Made by a program: the position numbers and the translations under genes
From: an uncultured Actinomycetes bacterium
Lineage (GTDB): Bacteria; Actinomycetota; Actinomycetes; S36-B12; CAIYMF01
Assembly: GCA_963714995.1 (NCBI GenBank)
Contig: CAVQQP010000003.1
Span: forward strand, 3,425-67,424
Reading direction: 5' to 3'
Length of the DNA: 64,000 nt
The notes under the pieces: model-generated
Databases searched by the model: none
Seen by the model: only the letters and a program-made list of their open reading frames with translations
What the model was told of the DNA's origin: nothing
Shown: positions 19,615 to 30,025 of the stretch, in pieces
Numbering within the stretch: the stretch's first letter is position 1
Layout of the letters: every line of letters begins with the position of its first letter

Positions 19615-19935
19615 ATGAGCCAGCCCGATGACATCGAGAGGTTGCTCCGCGAGATCGACGCGATGAACGCCGGTTCCGGCCAGGGGGCTGCCCTTCCCGC
19701 ACCCGCGCAGAACAAGGCGATCGAGCCCGCACCGGCCTCCGGATCAGGTGGGGGTGGGCGGGTCGCCTGGGCTGGCGCCAGCGCGATCGGCGGGCTGCTG
19801 GTCGGCGGCGTCACCGGGACCATCCTGACGTTCCTGCCGTCGGTGAGCACCGTGTCAACAGCCGTCGGTGCCGCGCTGGGCGCAGCGGTGGCCGGCTTCG
19901 TCAGCGGGCCGCCGGACTGGTTCCGCCGGGGCTGA
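19615..19935 (+). CDS. hypothetical small membrane protein
   Basis: MSQPDDIERLLREID..., then two Gly/Ala-rich hydrophobic segments. Confidence 0.5.
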   Translation: MSQPDDIERLLREIDAMNAGSGQGAALPAPAQNKAIEPAPASGSGGGGRVAWAGASAIGGLLVGGVTGTILTFLPSVSTVSTAVGAALGAAVAGFVSGPPDWFRRG

Positions 19936-19952
19936 GCCGACCGCGACCGACG

Positions 19953-20987
19953 TCAGACCGGGGGAAGGTCCCGCCACGCGGGCAGCCAGAGGTCGTCCCG
20001 CCGGAGGCCCTCGGCGGCCCGGACGGCCCGGAGCACCGCCCGCGCGGTGACCTCGGCGGCCATCACGGACAGCAGGAGGCCGAGCAGCTCAGGTGCGATC
20101 GCGGACTGGACCTCAGGGTCCACCGTGCCCGTCGCTGCGGCGAAGAGCGTGTCGCCGTCCATCGGCGTGTGCACCGGGCGGATGGTCCGAGCCAACCCGT
20201 CGTGGGCGACCTGGGCCAACCGGGTGGCCTGGGCCTTGGTCAGCTGCGCATCGGTGATCACGACCCCGATCGTCGTGTTCGCGGCCGTCGCCGCTCCCTG
20301 GTCGCGGGCCCCTCCCAGGATTGAGTCGACGGAGCCGGCCAGGGCCAGGGAGTCGGGGGCCAGTCGCGCCCCCGCCAGGATCGCCCCGGTCCCGGGATCC
20401 ACGACATCGCCGACGGCGTTGACGACCACGACAGCGGCCATGGTGATCCCGTGCGCCTCGAGGGTGGCGATCCCGAGCCCGCCGCGCATCGCCCGATCGG
20501 GTCCGAGCAGCTTGCCCACCGAGGCCCCGGCGCCGGCGCCCACGTTCCCCTCGGTGGCCTCAGCCACCGGCACCGCTGCGGCACACGCGCGTGCCCCGCT
20601 CCGGGCGTCAGGGCGGACGGCGTGATCGCCCACGCCGAGGTCGAAGATCACGGCTGCGGCCACCAGCGGCACACGGGCCGGTCCCACCGCGACGCCGCGG
20701 CCCTGTGCCTCGAGCCAGTGCATCACGCCCCCGGCGGCGTCGAGGCCGAAGGCGCTGCCGCCGGCGAGGACGATGGCGTGCACGCCCGCCATGGTGTTGA
20801 CCGGATCCAGCAGGTCGGTCTCACGGGTGCCGGGGGCGGCGCCGCGCACGTCGACCCCGGCGGTGGCCCCGTCGGGCAGCAGGACGACGGTGACCCCTGT
20901 CGGGCGGCGCTCGTCGGTGTCGTGCCCGATCAGCACGCCGGGGAGTGCTCCAGGAACCAGAGGGGAGTCATGCATGACGTCATCCAA
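19953..20987 (-). CDS. P1 (S58, DmpA-type) family peptidase
   Basis: 'GVTVVL...GVDVRGAAPGTRETDLL', 'IVLAGGSAFGLDAA', 'NTTIGVVITDA' self-processing site region. Confidence 0.8.
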   Translation of the reverse strand: MDDVMHDSPLVPGALPGVLIGHDTDERRPTGVTVVLLPDGATAGVDVRGAAPGTRETDLLDPVNTMAGVHAIVLAGGSAFGLDAAGGVMHWLEAQGRGVAVGPARVPLVAAAVIFDLGVGDHAVRPDARSGARACAAAVPVAEATEGNVGAGAGASVGKLLGPDRAMRGGLGIATLEAHGITMAAVVVVNAVGDVVDPGTGAILAGARLAPDSLALAGSVDSILGGARDQGAATAANTTIGVVITDAQLTKAQATRLAQVAHDGLARTIRPVHTPMDGDTLFAAATGTVDPEVQSAIAPELLGLLLSVMAAEVTARAVLRAVRAAEGLRRDDLWLPAWRDLPPV

Positions 20988-21082
20988 CCCCGCCGCACCG
21001 GGGCATGCCGGGCTGGGCAGGAGCGAGTGGGAGGACGCGTCGGGGGCTGCGCGTGCCGCGACGCCCCCCTAGGCTCGGTCCC

Positions 21083-21754
21083 ATGGGACCTGACCTTGGA
21101 CGTCCTGCCCCGCACGCCGTCGTCGTGGGCGTCGGCCCCGGCCTCGGAGCCAGCCTCGCGCGCACATTCGCCGCAGCCGGCTACGACCTGACGCTGGTGG
21201 CACGGACGTCGGCGAGCCTCACGCCCGTTGCCGAGGAGGTCCGGGCCACTGGTCGCACCGTGCGCGAGGAGCTGCTCGACGTCAGCGACCCTGACGCCGT
21301 CCGCGACGCGGTTCGCCGGGCGGACGAGTGGCGCGTGATCTCGCTGCTGCACCACAACGCGTCCATGCACGCCGGGGGGCTGCTCGACTCCGACCCCGCC
21401 ACGCTGCGGGCGAGCGTGGAGATCAATGCCCTGGCGGCGATCGTGGCGGTCCAGGCGGCGCTGCCCGGCCTCGTGGCCACCGGCGGCCGGGTGACCTGGA
21501 CCGGCGGGGGCGTTGCCCTGAGCCCGACCGGGGAGTACGGCGTGCTGGCGCTGGGCAAGGCGGCGATGCGCGCTGCTGGCTTCGCGCTGGCGCAGGAGCT
21601 CGCACCCCGCGGCGTCACGCTGCGGATGCTCACCATCAAGGGCTTCATCCGCCCGGGTGGCCGGTTCGACCCCGACCGGATCGCCGAGGCCTTCTGGGCG
21701 TTCGCCCAGGAGCCCGACGCGGACGTCGAGCGCCTCTACGACGGGCGGTCCTGA
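21083..21754 (+). CDS. SDR family oxidoreductase
   Basis: 'AVVVGVGPGLGASLARTFAAAGYDLTLVAR'. Start at MGPDLG (21083). Confidence 0.75.
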   Translation: MGPDLGRPAPHAVVVGVGPGLGASLARTFAAAGYDLTLVARTSASLTPVAEEVRATGRTVREELLDVSDPDAVRDAVRRADEWRVISLLHHNASMHAGGLLDSDPATLRASVEINALAAIVAVQAALPGLVATGGRVTWTGGGVALSPTGEYGVLALGKAAMRAAGFALAQELAPRGVTLRMLTIKGFIRPGGRFDPDRIAEAFWAFAQEPDADVERLYDGRS

Positions 21755-21906
21755 TGGCCGGTCCGGCCCTGCGCGAGGTGCCGGCCCACTTCCTGCGCGG
21801 GATGGCCATGGGCAGCGCCGACATCGTGCCCGGCCACGAGATCGAGGAGCTCCAGGCGAGCTAGCGATCGGCGGCCGCCTCACGCAGGCGAGGCTATCCT
21901 TATCGC

Positions 21907-23316
21907 ATGCCCGAACAGGAGCCCCTCCCGAGCCAGCCCCGCCATGTCCGGCCCGCCGGTGACCGGCATCGCGTCGTCGTCATCGGATCCGGGTTCGGCG
22001 GGTTGTTCGCCGCGAAGGCGCTCAAGCGCGCCGACTGCGAGGTGACCCTGATCTCGAGGACCACGACCCACCTGTTCCAGCCGCTGCTCTACCAGGTGGC
22101 CACGGGGATCCTGTCGATGGGCGAGATCGCTCCTGCCACACGGGAGATCCTCCGGAGCCAGAAGAACGCCACGGTGCTGCTCGGCGAGGTCACCGACATC
22201 GACCTCGACGCGCGCACCGTCACCTCGCAGGCGGCCCCCGGTCCCCTGGTCACCCCCTACGACAGCCTGATCGTGGCTGCCGGCGCCGGCCAGTCCTACT
22301 TCGGCAACGACCAGTTCGCCGAGTTCGCGCCGGGCATGAAGTCCATCGACGACGCCCTGGAGCTGCGGGGTCGGATCTTCGGCTCGTTCGAGCTGGCCGA
22401 ACGGGCCACCGACCCACAGGACGTCCAGCGCTTCCTGACGTTCGTGGTCATCGGGGCCGGCCCGACGGGGGTGGAGATGGCCGGCCAGATCTCCGAGCTG
22501 TGCAACCGCGCGCTCAAGCGCGACTTCCGCCGGATCGACACCACGTCGGCGCGGATCGTGCTGCTGGACGCGGCCCCGGCTGTCCTGGGCCCCTTCGGCC
22601 CGAAGCTCTCGGCCGAGGCCGAGCGGATCCTGACGGACGTGGGCGTCGAGGTCCTGCTCAACGCCAAGGTCGTGGGCCTCGACGCCGAGGGCGTCACCTA
22701 CGAGACCACCGACGGGGAGCGGACCTTCATCCCCGCCGCCTGCAAGGTCTGGGCAGCAGGTGTCTCCGCCTCGCCGCTGGGCGCCCTGCTGGCAGAGCGT
22801 GCGGGGGCCGAGGTCGATCGGGCTGGCAGGGTCCTGGTCGAGCCCGACCTCACCCTTCCCGGGCACCCGGAGGTCTTCGTCGTCGGCGACATGATCGCCC
22901 TGGACAACCTCCCCGGCGTTGCGCAGGTGGCGATCCAGGGAGGGCGCCACGCCGCATCGACCATCCGTTCGCGGATCGACGGTCGCCCGGGTCCGGGGCC
23001 CTTCGAGTACCACGACAAGGGCAGCATGGCGACCATCACGCGGTTCAGTGCCGTGGCCAGCGTCGGCCGGATCCGGACAGCCGGCTTCACGGCGTGGCTG
23101 CTCTGGCTCGTCGTGCACCTGATGTACATCGTGGGGTTCAAGAGCCGCCTGACGACGCTGGTCAACTGGTCGGTGAGCTTCGTCGGCCGCAACCGCTCCG
23201 AGCGGACGACCTCGGCCCAGCAGGTGGTCGCCCGCACCCGGCTGCGCCGCGACCCGGACGCGCCGCCGATCTGGCCGGGTGCCGTCGGGGAGCGGCCCAC
23301 GTCGACGCCGGGGTGA
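21907..23316 (+). CDS. ndh: type II NADH:quinone oxidoreductase (NDH-2)
   Basis: 'VVVIGSGFGGL', 'FQPLLYQVATG', second dinucleotide fold 'FVVIGAGPTGVEMAG', 'VFVVGDM'. Confidence 0.85.
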   Translation: MPEQEPLPSQPRHVRPAGDRHRVVVIGSGFGGLFAAKALKRADCEVTLISRTTTHLFQPLLYQVATGILSMGEIAPATREILRSQKNATVLLGEVTDIDLDARTVTSQAAPGPLVTPYDSLIVAAGAGQSYFGNDQFAEFAPGMKSIDDALELRGRIFGSFELAERATDPQDVQRFLTFVVIGAGPTGVEMAGQISELCNRALKRDFRRIDTTSARIVLLDAAPAVLGPFGPKLSAEAERILTDVGVEVLLNAKVVGLDAEGVTYETTDGERTFIPAACKVWAAGVSASPLGALLAERAGAEVDRAGRVLVEPDLTLPGHPEVFVVGDMIALDNLPGVAQVAIQGGRHAASTIRSRIDGRPGPGPFEYHDKGSMATITRFSAVASVGRIRTAGFTAWLLWLVVHLMYIVGFKSRLTTLVNWSVSFVGRNRSERTTSAQQVVARTRLRRDPDAPPIWPGAVGERPTSTPG

Positions 23317-23354
23317 CGCCCCGGCGGTCGTCCGGTGAACGGCCGATGACCGAC

Positions 23355-23398
23355 GGGTGACCCGGGGATGACCCCCGGGTGACTCCCGGGTGACGCGT
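23355..23398. repeat. 4 x 11-nt tandem GG(G/A)TGAC-containing repeat upstream of the SulP gene
   Basis: gggtgacccgg / ggatgaccccc / gggtgactccc / gggtgacgcgt, 54-97 nt upstream of the GTG at 23452. The period is about one helical turn. Confidence 0.8.
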
Positions 23399-23451
23399 CG
23401 TCGGGACTCGTGCTCGGTGCCGGGGCTAGCCTCGACCCAGGAGGCGGCCCC

Positions 23452-25373
23452 GTGACGAACAAGCCCCCCAAGAAGCTCCCGCTCGGCGAGCAACCGCGCG
23501 AGTGGCTGCCTGCCCGCAAGTGGATGCCCAAGTACCAGAGGCGGTGGCTCAAGGGAGATATCACCGCCGGTGCGGTCGTCGCGGCGCTGGCCCTGCCGCA
23601 GGCCCTCGGCTACGCGACCATCGCCGGCCTGCCGGTCCAGGTGGGCCTCTACTCGCTGCCGACGGTGCTGGTCTGCTACGCCATCCTCGGCACGTCGAGG
23701 TTGCTCATCGTCGGCCCGGTGTCCACGGTCGCCGTCCTCACCGGGTCGCTGATCAAGGGGTTCGCCCCGGCGAGCGAGGCCGAGGCCATCGCGATCGCCG
23801 CGGGGATGGCCATCGCCGCCGGGATCATCCTGATGATCGCCAGCGTGCTGCACGTCGGCTGGGTGGCCGAGTTCCTGTCCAAGCCCATCGTGACCGGGAT
23901 TCGTGCTGGGCCTGACGATCCTGGTCGTCATCGGTGAGCTGCCCAACATCCTGGGCATCCCGGTGCCGCCGGGCGACGTGCTGGAGCGGATCCAGGACCT
24001 CGTCACCGGACTCGACGAGATCCAGACGCAGACCGCGGTCGTGGGCATCTCCGCCCTGGCCGTCATGTTCGTCGGGTCGCGCCTGGCCCCGCGGGTGCCC
24101 TGGGCGCTGGTGACCCTGGTCGCAGGGTTGGTCATCTCGGGCGCGCTGGACCTCGCCTCGAAGGGAGTCGCCGTGGTCGGCGAGGTCCCCCAGGGGCTGC
24201 CCACCCCATCGGTGCCCGACGTGCCGCTGGACCAGATGTCCGCGATCTTCGTGGCCGGGGCGGCGATCGCGTTCGTCGGCCTGGCTGAGGGGCTCAGTGC
24301 CGCCCGGCTGTTCGCGACCCAGGGCGGGGACCGGATCGACGCCAACCAGGACCTGCTGGCGTTCGGGGCCGGCAACGTCAGCTCGGGTCTCTTCGGCGGG
24401 TTCGGGGTGGCCGGCAGCCTGTCGAAGACCGCGGCAGCCGACCGGTCGGGAGGGCGCTCCCAGGTGACGTCGCTGACGACGGCGGTCCTGGCGGTCGCGA
24501 CCATCGTCTTCCTGGCGCCCCTGCTGTCCGACCTGCCCAAGGCCGTGCTGTCGGCGATCGTCATCCACGCGGTCTGGGGTCTCATGGACTTCGCAGGCCA
24601 TGCGCCGCTACGCCTACCTGCGGCGCAACGACATCATCGCGGCGGTGATGGCCGCGTTCGGCGTCCTCGCCTTCGGGCCGCTGCAGGGCCTGCTCCTGGC
24701 GATCCTGCTCTCGGTGTTCGGCCTGGTCTACCGCTCCAGTCGGGTGGACGTCGAGGTGATGGCGCGCATCCCGGGCGAGAAGGCCGCGTGGGGCAGCCTG
24801 CGCAACCATCCGGAGCGGCACCCGGTCGACGGGATCCTCGTCCTGCGTGTCGACGTCCCGCTGTTCTGGGTGAATGCGGCCGCGATCAAGGATGCGATCC
24901 TGGCCCGGGTGGACGGCACCACGCAGTGGACCGACAAGGAGATCGTGGCCCTCGTCCTGGACATCGAGGGCACGAACCAGCTCGACACCACGACTGTCGA
25001 CATGCTCGACTCCCTGCTCGCCGCCCTGCGCGAGCGGTGCGTCGACCTCTACATGGTGCGGGTGATGTACCCGGTGCGCATCCTGCTGCGCCACGCCGGC
25101 TTCGTCGCGAAGATCGGCGAGGACCACATGTGGCACTCGATCAGCCAGGGCGTGCGCCAGGCCCGGCTGCACTACGGGCTCAAGGAGGGTGTGGCCGACG
25201 TGGCCGGCGGCTACGACAGCTCCGCCGAGGAGCACGAGGAGCGGATCGTCCCGACGTACTTCACGAACGCAGCGACCCCCGCCGAGACGCAGGCCGAGGA
25301 CGAGGCCCGCAGCGAGGCCCAGGTTGACGAGGAGGTCCGAGAGGCGCCCGTCAGCCGGCCTGACGGGGCCTGA
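23452..25373 (+). pseudogene. SulP-family anion permease with C-terminal STAS domain, 2 frameshifts
   Basis: Three frames must be joined. 'ALPQALGYATIAGLP...KPIVTG' | 'FVLGLTILVVIGELP...AIVIHAVWGLMDF' | 'AMRRYAYLRRND...STAS'. The breaks are an extra a at about 23899 and an extra base at about 24595. AGGAGG lies 7 nt before the GTG at 23452. Confidence 0.8.
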
Positions 25374-25465
25374 GTGGGGCGAACGGGTCGGACGTGCTTC
25401 GATGATCCCTGCGTCCCCCGCGCGACCAGCCGGCGAGGACGCGCCACTCATGCAAGGAGCCGCAC

Positions 25466-27235
25466 GTGCCCACCTCCCCGGTGATCCCGGAGACCACCCT
25501 CGCGCCCGACCCCAGCCCCGCTGACCCGACCGTGAGCCCGCCCCTCCGGCCGGTCGGCACGTCAGCACCCGTCGCCAGCGAGGTTCCCGCGCGCTACATC
25601 CGTCCCCTGGCCGGGCATCAGATCCGTGGGTTGGCCTGGGCCGGCGACGACCTCCTGGTCCTCGACGCCCCCACCGGTCGGCTGGCCCTCGTGGACCCGG
25701 AGACGGACGACACGCGCGTCGTCAACGACGGGATGACCGAGGTGTTCGTGGGGGCGGGAGGGTTGGCGCTCGTCGACGGCGTCCTGTGGTTCACCACGGC
25801 CGCGGGCCTTCATCGGGCACCGTGGTCGGGACCGGGCTCGGCCCCCGAGCCCGCCCGACTGGGGCGCCCCGAGCTCGTCCTGGCCCTGGCGGGGGCCACG
25901 GCCGTGGCGGTATCGGGAGACCGGGTCCACCTCGTGCGCGGGCGGACCCTCGAGGTCCGGGCAGCGTCGGAACCCGCGGAGGTGCTGGCCCGGGTGGAGC
26001 TGTCCGGCATCGGCGTCAAGGGGATCGCGGCGACGCCGGATGCGCTGTGGCTCTCCGACGACCTGGAGCAGACCGTCTACTGCCTGGACCCGATCACCCT
26101 GGCCACCCGGTTCATGGTGGTCACCCCGCTGGAGCGGCCCACGGCCATCGCTGCCCGTCGCCTGCCCGGCGAGTCCAGCGACACCCTGCACGTGGCCTAC
26201 TACGAGAACGAGCCGTACCTCAAGGACGACCCGTGGGTCGACCCGTCGTGGGTGGTCCGCTACCGCGACCGGGCCCTGATCCACCAGCTGCGCGTGCACC
26301 ACGACCCCGAGGCCCGGCTGGCGTGGTCCACAGGCCACCGCATCGAGATGCACTACTACGTCGACCTCGAGCCCGACGCCGACGTCGAGCCGCTGCGCGA
26401 CGTGCAGTGGCGGATGAGCCTGCCCATCGAGAGCGCGCGCCAGCGCATGGTGGCGGTGGAGCCGATCGGACTGCCGTTCGAGATCGTCGAGGAGGACGGC
26501 CAACCCGTGGCCGTGTTCACGATCCCGCAGGTCGATTCCGGGACCCGGCTGATCCTGGGGTGGCGGGCGACGCTCGAGGTCTTCGGCATCAAGCACCTGC
26601 TGACCGCCGAGGACCTCGCCGACGCCCCGGCGCTGAGCCCCGAGATGGCCGCGCGCTACCTGGTCGACGACGAGGACCTCGACCTGGACTCCCCGGAGAT
26701 CGCCGAGGCGACGGAGATCGCCCTGGGAGACGAGTCGAACCTGCTGGAGCAGGCGCGGCGCCTGCGCAGCTACGTCTACGACCGGCTGGAGTACGAGATG
26801 GGCAACGCCGACTCCCCGATCGGGGTGCTGGCGCGAGGGACCGGATCCTGCGGGGAGCACGTGGGAACGATCATGGCCCTCTACCGCCGCGCCGGCCTGG
26901 CCTGTCGGGTGGCGGGGCGCTACAAGAGCCCGTACCACCCGTGGAGCGGGGGGCCGCTGTACCCGGACTTCAACCACGTCTGGGTCGACCTGTACCTGCC
27001 CGGGTACGGCTGGGTCCCGGTCGAGAGCAACCCGGACGGCGACGTCGTGGACGTCGGGCCGTACCCCGACCGGTTCTTCCTCGGCCTGCCCTGGCGCCAC
27101 GTCGAGGTCGGCAAGGACATCTCGTTCGAGAAGGTCACCTACTCCGCCGGCGACCGCCGTCGGCGGATCGGCGCGCGTCGCCTGAGCAGCAACCACATCC
27201 GGTTCGACATCCTCGCCGAGCTCGCCCCGAACTGA
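25466..27235 (+). CDS. transglutaminase-domain protein with a large N-terminal domain
   Basis: C-terminal core '[29 protein letters not shown]...[25 protein letters not shown]'. GTG start lies 7 nt after AAGGAG. The ORF is intact. Confidence 0.8.
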   Translation: MPTSPVIPETTLAPDPSPADPTVSPPLRPVGTSAPVASEVPARYIRPLAGHQIRGLAWAGDDLLVLDAPTGRLALVDPETDDTRVVNDGMTEVFVGAGGLALVDGVLWFTTAAGLHRAPWSGPGSAPEPARLGRPELVLALAGATAVAVSGDRVHLVRGRTLEVRAASEPAEVLARVELSGIGVKGIAATPDALWLSDDLEQTVYCLDPITLATRFMVVTPLERPTAIAARRLPGESSDTLHVAYYENEPYLKDDPWVDPSWVVRYRDRALIHQLRVHHDPEARLAWSTGHRIEMHYYVDLEPDADVEPLRDVQWRMSLPIESARQRMVAVEPIGLPFEIVEEDGQPVAVFTIPQVDSGTRLILGWRATLEVFGIKHLLTAEDLADAPALSPEMAARYLVDDEDLDLDSPEIAEATEIALGDESNLLEQARRLRSYVYDRLEYEMGNADSPIGVLARGTGSCGEHVGTIMALYRRAGLACRVAGRYKSPYHPWSGGPLYPDFNHVWVDLYLPGYGWVPVESNPDGDVVDVGPYPDRFFLGLPWRHVEVGKDISFEKVTYSAGDRRRRIGARRLSSNHIRFDILAELAPN

Positions 27236-27300
27236 CCGCCCCGCCCCGCCCCTCGCCGCCCCTGATCGGTCCGCTTTCGCGCGGCTCGATCCGGGTTCAT

Positions 27301-27334
27301 CCGGATCTGCGAGCATCGGCGCGCGCAGATCCGG
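27301..27334. terminator. 11-bp perfect stem hairpin between convergent genes
   Basis: ccggatctgcg (27301-27311) pairs with cgcagatccgg (27324-27334), with a 12-nt loop. There is no U-tract, so function is only inferred. Confidence 0.4.
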
Positions 27335-27350
27335 ATCGATCGCGGACGAC

Positions 27351-28930
27351 TCAGGCGGTGGCCATCGGCCAGCGGTGACCTCGAGGGTTGCGGGGGCGTC
27401 GGTGACGTCGAGGCACAGCAGGTCGTCGCCCTCCACGGGGTAGATCCGGGCGCTCATCGCCAGCCGGCCGCCATCGACGAACACCTCGATCGAGGAGTGG
27501 TCGAGCAGGATCCGCGCATCCACGCGGGCGCCCGGGCGGAACGCACCGGTGTGCACCCCGCCCTCGCCGGTGCCCAGCCGAGTCCGGTCCAGCGTCGCGG
27601 TCCCGGCGTGCGGGTCGAGGGTGAGGACCACCGGCCGCCCTGCATCACCGTCGCGCAGGCGGAGGCCGACCGTGCCCTCGGGTTCGCAGGTCGCCGACAG
27701 CGCGATGTCCAGGGCGGTTCCGGAGGCGCCGTGGACGGCCACCGAGGTGTCCGCCTCGACCCGCCCCTCGGCCATCACGATCGGATCCCCGCGCAGCCCC
27801 TCGAGCTCGGCGACCGGCCACTGCACGAGCGCATCGCCCTCCAGGCTCAGCACCCGCGGGACGGTCAGGCAGTGCACCCACCCGTTGGCCACGGTCGGGT
27901 GCTTCTCGGCCAGCGTCGGCTGGCCGTCGTGGTCGGGCATGCCCATCCAGCCGACCATGATCGTCCGGCCTGAGTCGTCGATGAGGGTCTGCGGGGCGTA
28001 GAAGTCCGGGCCGGCATCCACCCGCCGGTAGTCCCCCTCACGGGTGAAGGCGGGTGCACCGACGTCCAGGGTCCCCACGGCGTAGACCGAGATGTCCTCC
28101 CAGCGCCCGGTGCCCGCCGCCTCACCGTGGTCGAGCTGGGGGGAGATCACCAGCACGTCGTGGCCGTCGAGGTGCACCAGGTCGGGGCACTCCCACATGT
28201 AGCCGTACGGGTCGCCGGCCCCACCGGCGATCTGGCCGAGGTACTCCCAGTCGACGAGGTCGTCGGAGCGCAGCAGCAGGGCCGTGCCGAACAGGTCCTC
28301 GGTCTGGGCGCCGAGCACCATCCAGTGGTGGCCGTCCCGGGACCAGACCTTCGGGTCGCGCACGTGCGCGGTGCAGCCGGGGATCGCCCCGACGAGCGGG
28401 TTCGCCCGGTGCTTGATCACCCGGCCCGCCGGGTCCACCGTGGCCAGGTTCTGGAAGGGCGTGCGACCACCGTCGGGGGTGCGCACGTTGCCGGTGTAGA
28501 GGAACCGGACCGCGTCCTCGTGGACGATCCCGCTGCCGGAGTAGCAGCCGTGGCTCTCGTAGTCGTGGCTCGGCGCGAGTGCGATCGGCTGCTCGGTCCA
28601 GTGCACGAGGTCCGTGCTGGTCAGGTGCGCCCAGAACTTCAGCGCATGCCTGGCGGCGAACGGGTGCCACTGGTAGCACAGGTGGTAGGTGCCCCGGTGC
28701 GCGACCAGTCCGTTCGGGTCGTTGAGCAGCCCGACCGGCGGCTGGACGTGGAAGGCCTGGCGCCACGGGTCCGCGTCGATGGAGGCCGGTCGCTCCTCGA
28801 CGGCCCGGTGCGCGAACGCGCGCAGCTCCCCGTCCAGGGCGAACGCGTCGATCGTGGCGGGGGCGCCCACCGTCTCGGCGCCTCCCCCCGGCCAGGGGGC
28901 GTCCGGGGGTCGGGCGGGGTCGGTGGTCAT
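27351..28930 (-). pseudogene. GH32 sucrose-6-phosphate hydrolase / beta-fructofuranosidase; native stop not in frame
   Basis: '[15 protein letters not shown]', 'YHLCYQWHP', 'CYSGSG', 'RDPKV', 'WECPDL'. The ATG overlaps the ROK stop (ATGA at 28927-28930). The reading frame runs on without a stop to 25562, antisense through the neighbouring gene. A TGA at 27351-27353 in another frame would give '...[11 protein letters not shown]'-type ends. Confidence 0.75.
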
Positions 28931-29837
28931 GTCGCGGCGGCGAGCGCGAGCTGCCCCAGCGCGATGCACCCCGAGACTCCGGCCCGGTTGCCCAGGCCCG
29001 GTGGGACGATGAACTCGTCGATCCGCTCGAGGATCTCGGGTGCCTGGACGTAGCCGTTGAGCATCTCGACCGTCCGGGTCCGGATCCGCGGGAACAGGTG
29101 CAGCTGCTCCATGACCCCGCCCCCGAGGACGATGCGCTGCGGGGACAGCGTGCACACCAGGTTGCGGCAGGCCTCGGCGAGGTAGTGCGCCTCGAGGTCC
29201 CACGCCGGATGCTCGGGTCCGAGCTCGGCGGCGGGCAGCTGCCCACCGCTCCCCGATCGCCGGCCCGGCGGCCAGGCCCTCGAGGCAGTCGCCGTGGAAG
29301 GGGCAGCGACCGGGGTAGGGGTCCACGGCCGGGTCCCGGCGCATGGCGACGTGGCCGGCCTCGGGGTGGATCAGGCCGTGCAGGATGCGGCCGTTGACGA
29401 TGATCCCGCCGCCGATGCCGGTGCCGATCGTCAGGTACACGAACGTGTCGACGTCCTGGGCCGCACCCCACAGGTGCTCGCCGAGGGCGGCACCGTTGAC
29501 GTCGGTGTCGAACCCGATCGGGATGCCGAACGCGGCCCTGCAGCGGCCCCACGACGTCGGTGTCGGTCCAGCCGGGCTTGGGGGTCTTGGTGACCCACCC
29601 GTAGGTGGGGGAGTCCGGGTGCGGGTCGCAGGGCCCGAAGGTCCCGTACCCGATGGCGGCGATCTGCTCGCCGTGCTCGGCCTGCCAGGTCGTGAAGTAG
29701 TCGATGACCTGCGGCAGGCACTCGTCGGGGGAGCTCGTGGGGAACCGGACCTCGTCGCGCAGGTCGTCGGGTCCCGTTCCCACCGCGCAGACCATCTTGG
29801 TCCCGCCGGCCTCGACGGCTCCGATCAGTGGCTTCAT
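28927..29837 (-). pseudogene. ROK-family fructokinase, at least 2 frameshifts
   Basis: '[20 protein letters not shown]...[11 protein letters not shown]' | '[19 protein letters not shown]...[11 protein letters not shown]...HPEAGH...[14 protein letters not shown]' | '[16 protein letters not shown]...[16 protein letters not shown]'. Breaks near 29545 and 29240. Confidence 0.75.
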
Positions 29838-30025
29838 GTGCCGGTCCCTTCCTGTGGTGTTCGGTGCACCCATCCAACTCCGGGTGCGGGTCTCGAGGCC
29901 TGCCCACGGGGGCACGGGATCCGATCAACCGTGCCCCCGTGGGGGCGGGTGGTGCACCCCCGACTCGGCAAGGGCCGGGGGTGCACCGGTCTGGTGGCCC
30001 GGACGGAGCGTCCGGTCCGGTGGCC

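Noticed and set aside
21880-24585. 901-aa minus-strand ORF
   Set aside because: It is antisense to ndh and the SulP gene, whose translations carry clear family motifs. This ORF's translation is low-complexity R/P/G/D.
27236-27300. CCGCCCC repeats after the transglutaminase-domain gene, considered as a counterpart of the 60660/61902 arms
   Set aside because: The tract is short (about 30 nt), has no associated CAGACCCTCC hairpin, and is probably just GC-rich intergenic sequence preceding the 27301-27334 hairpin.
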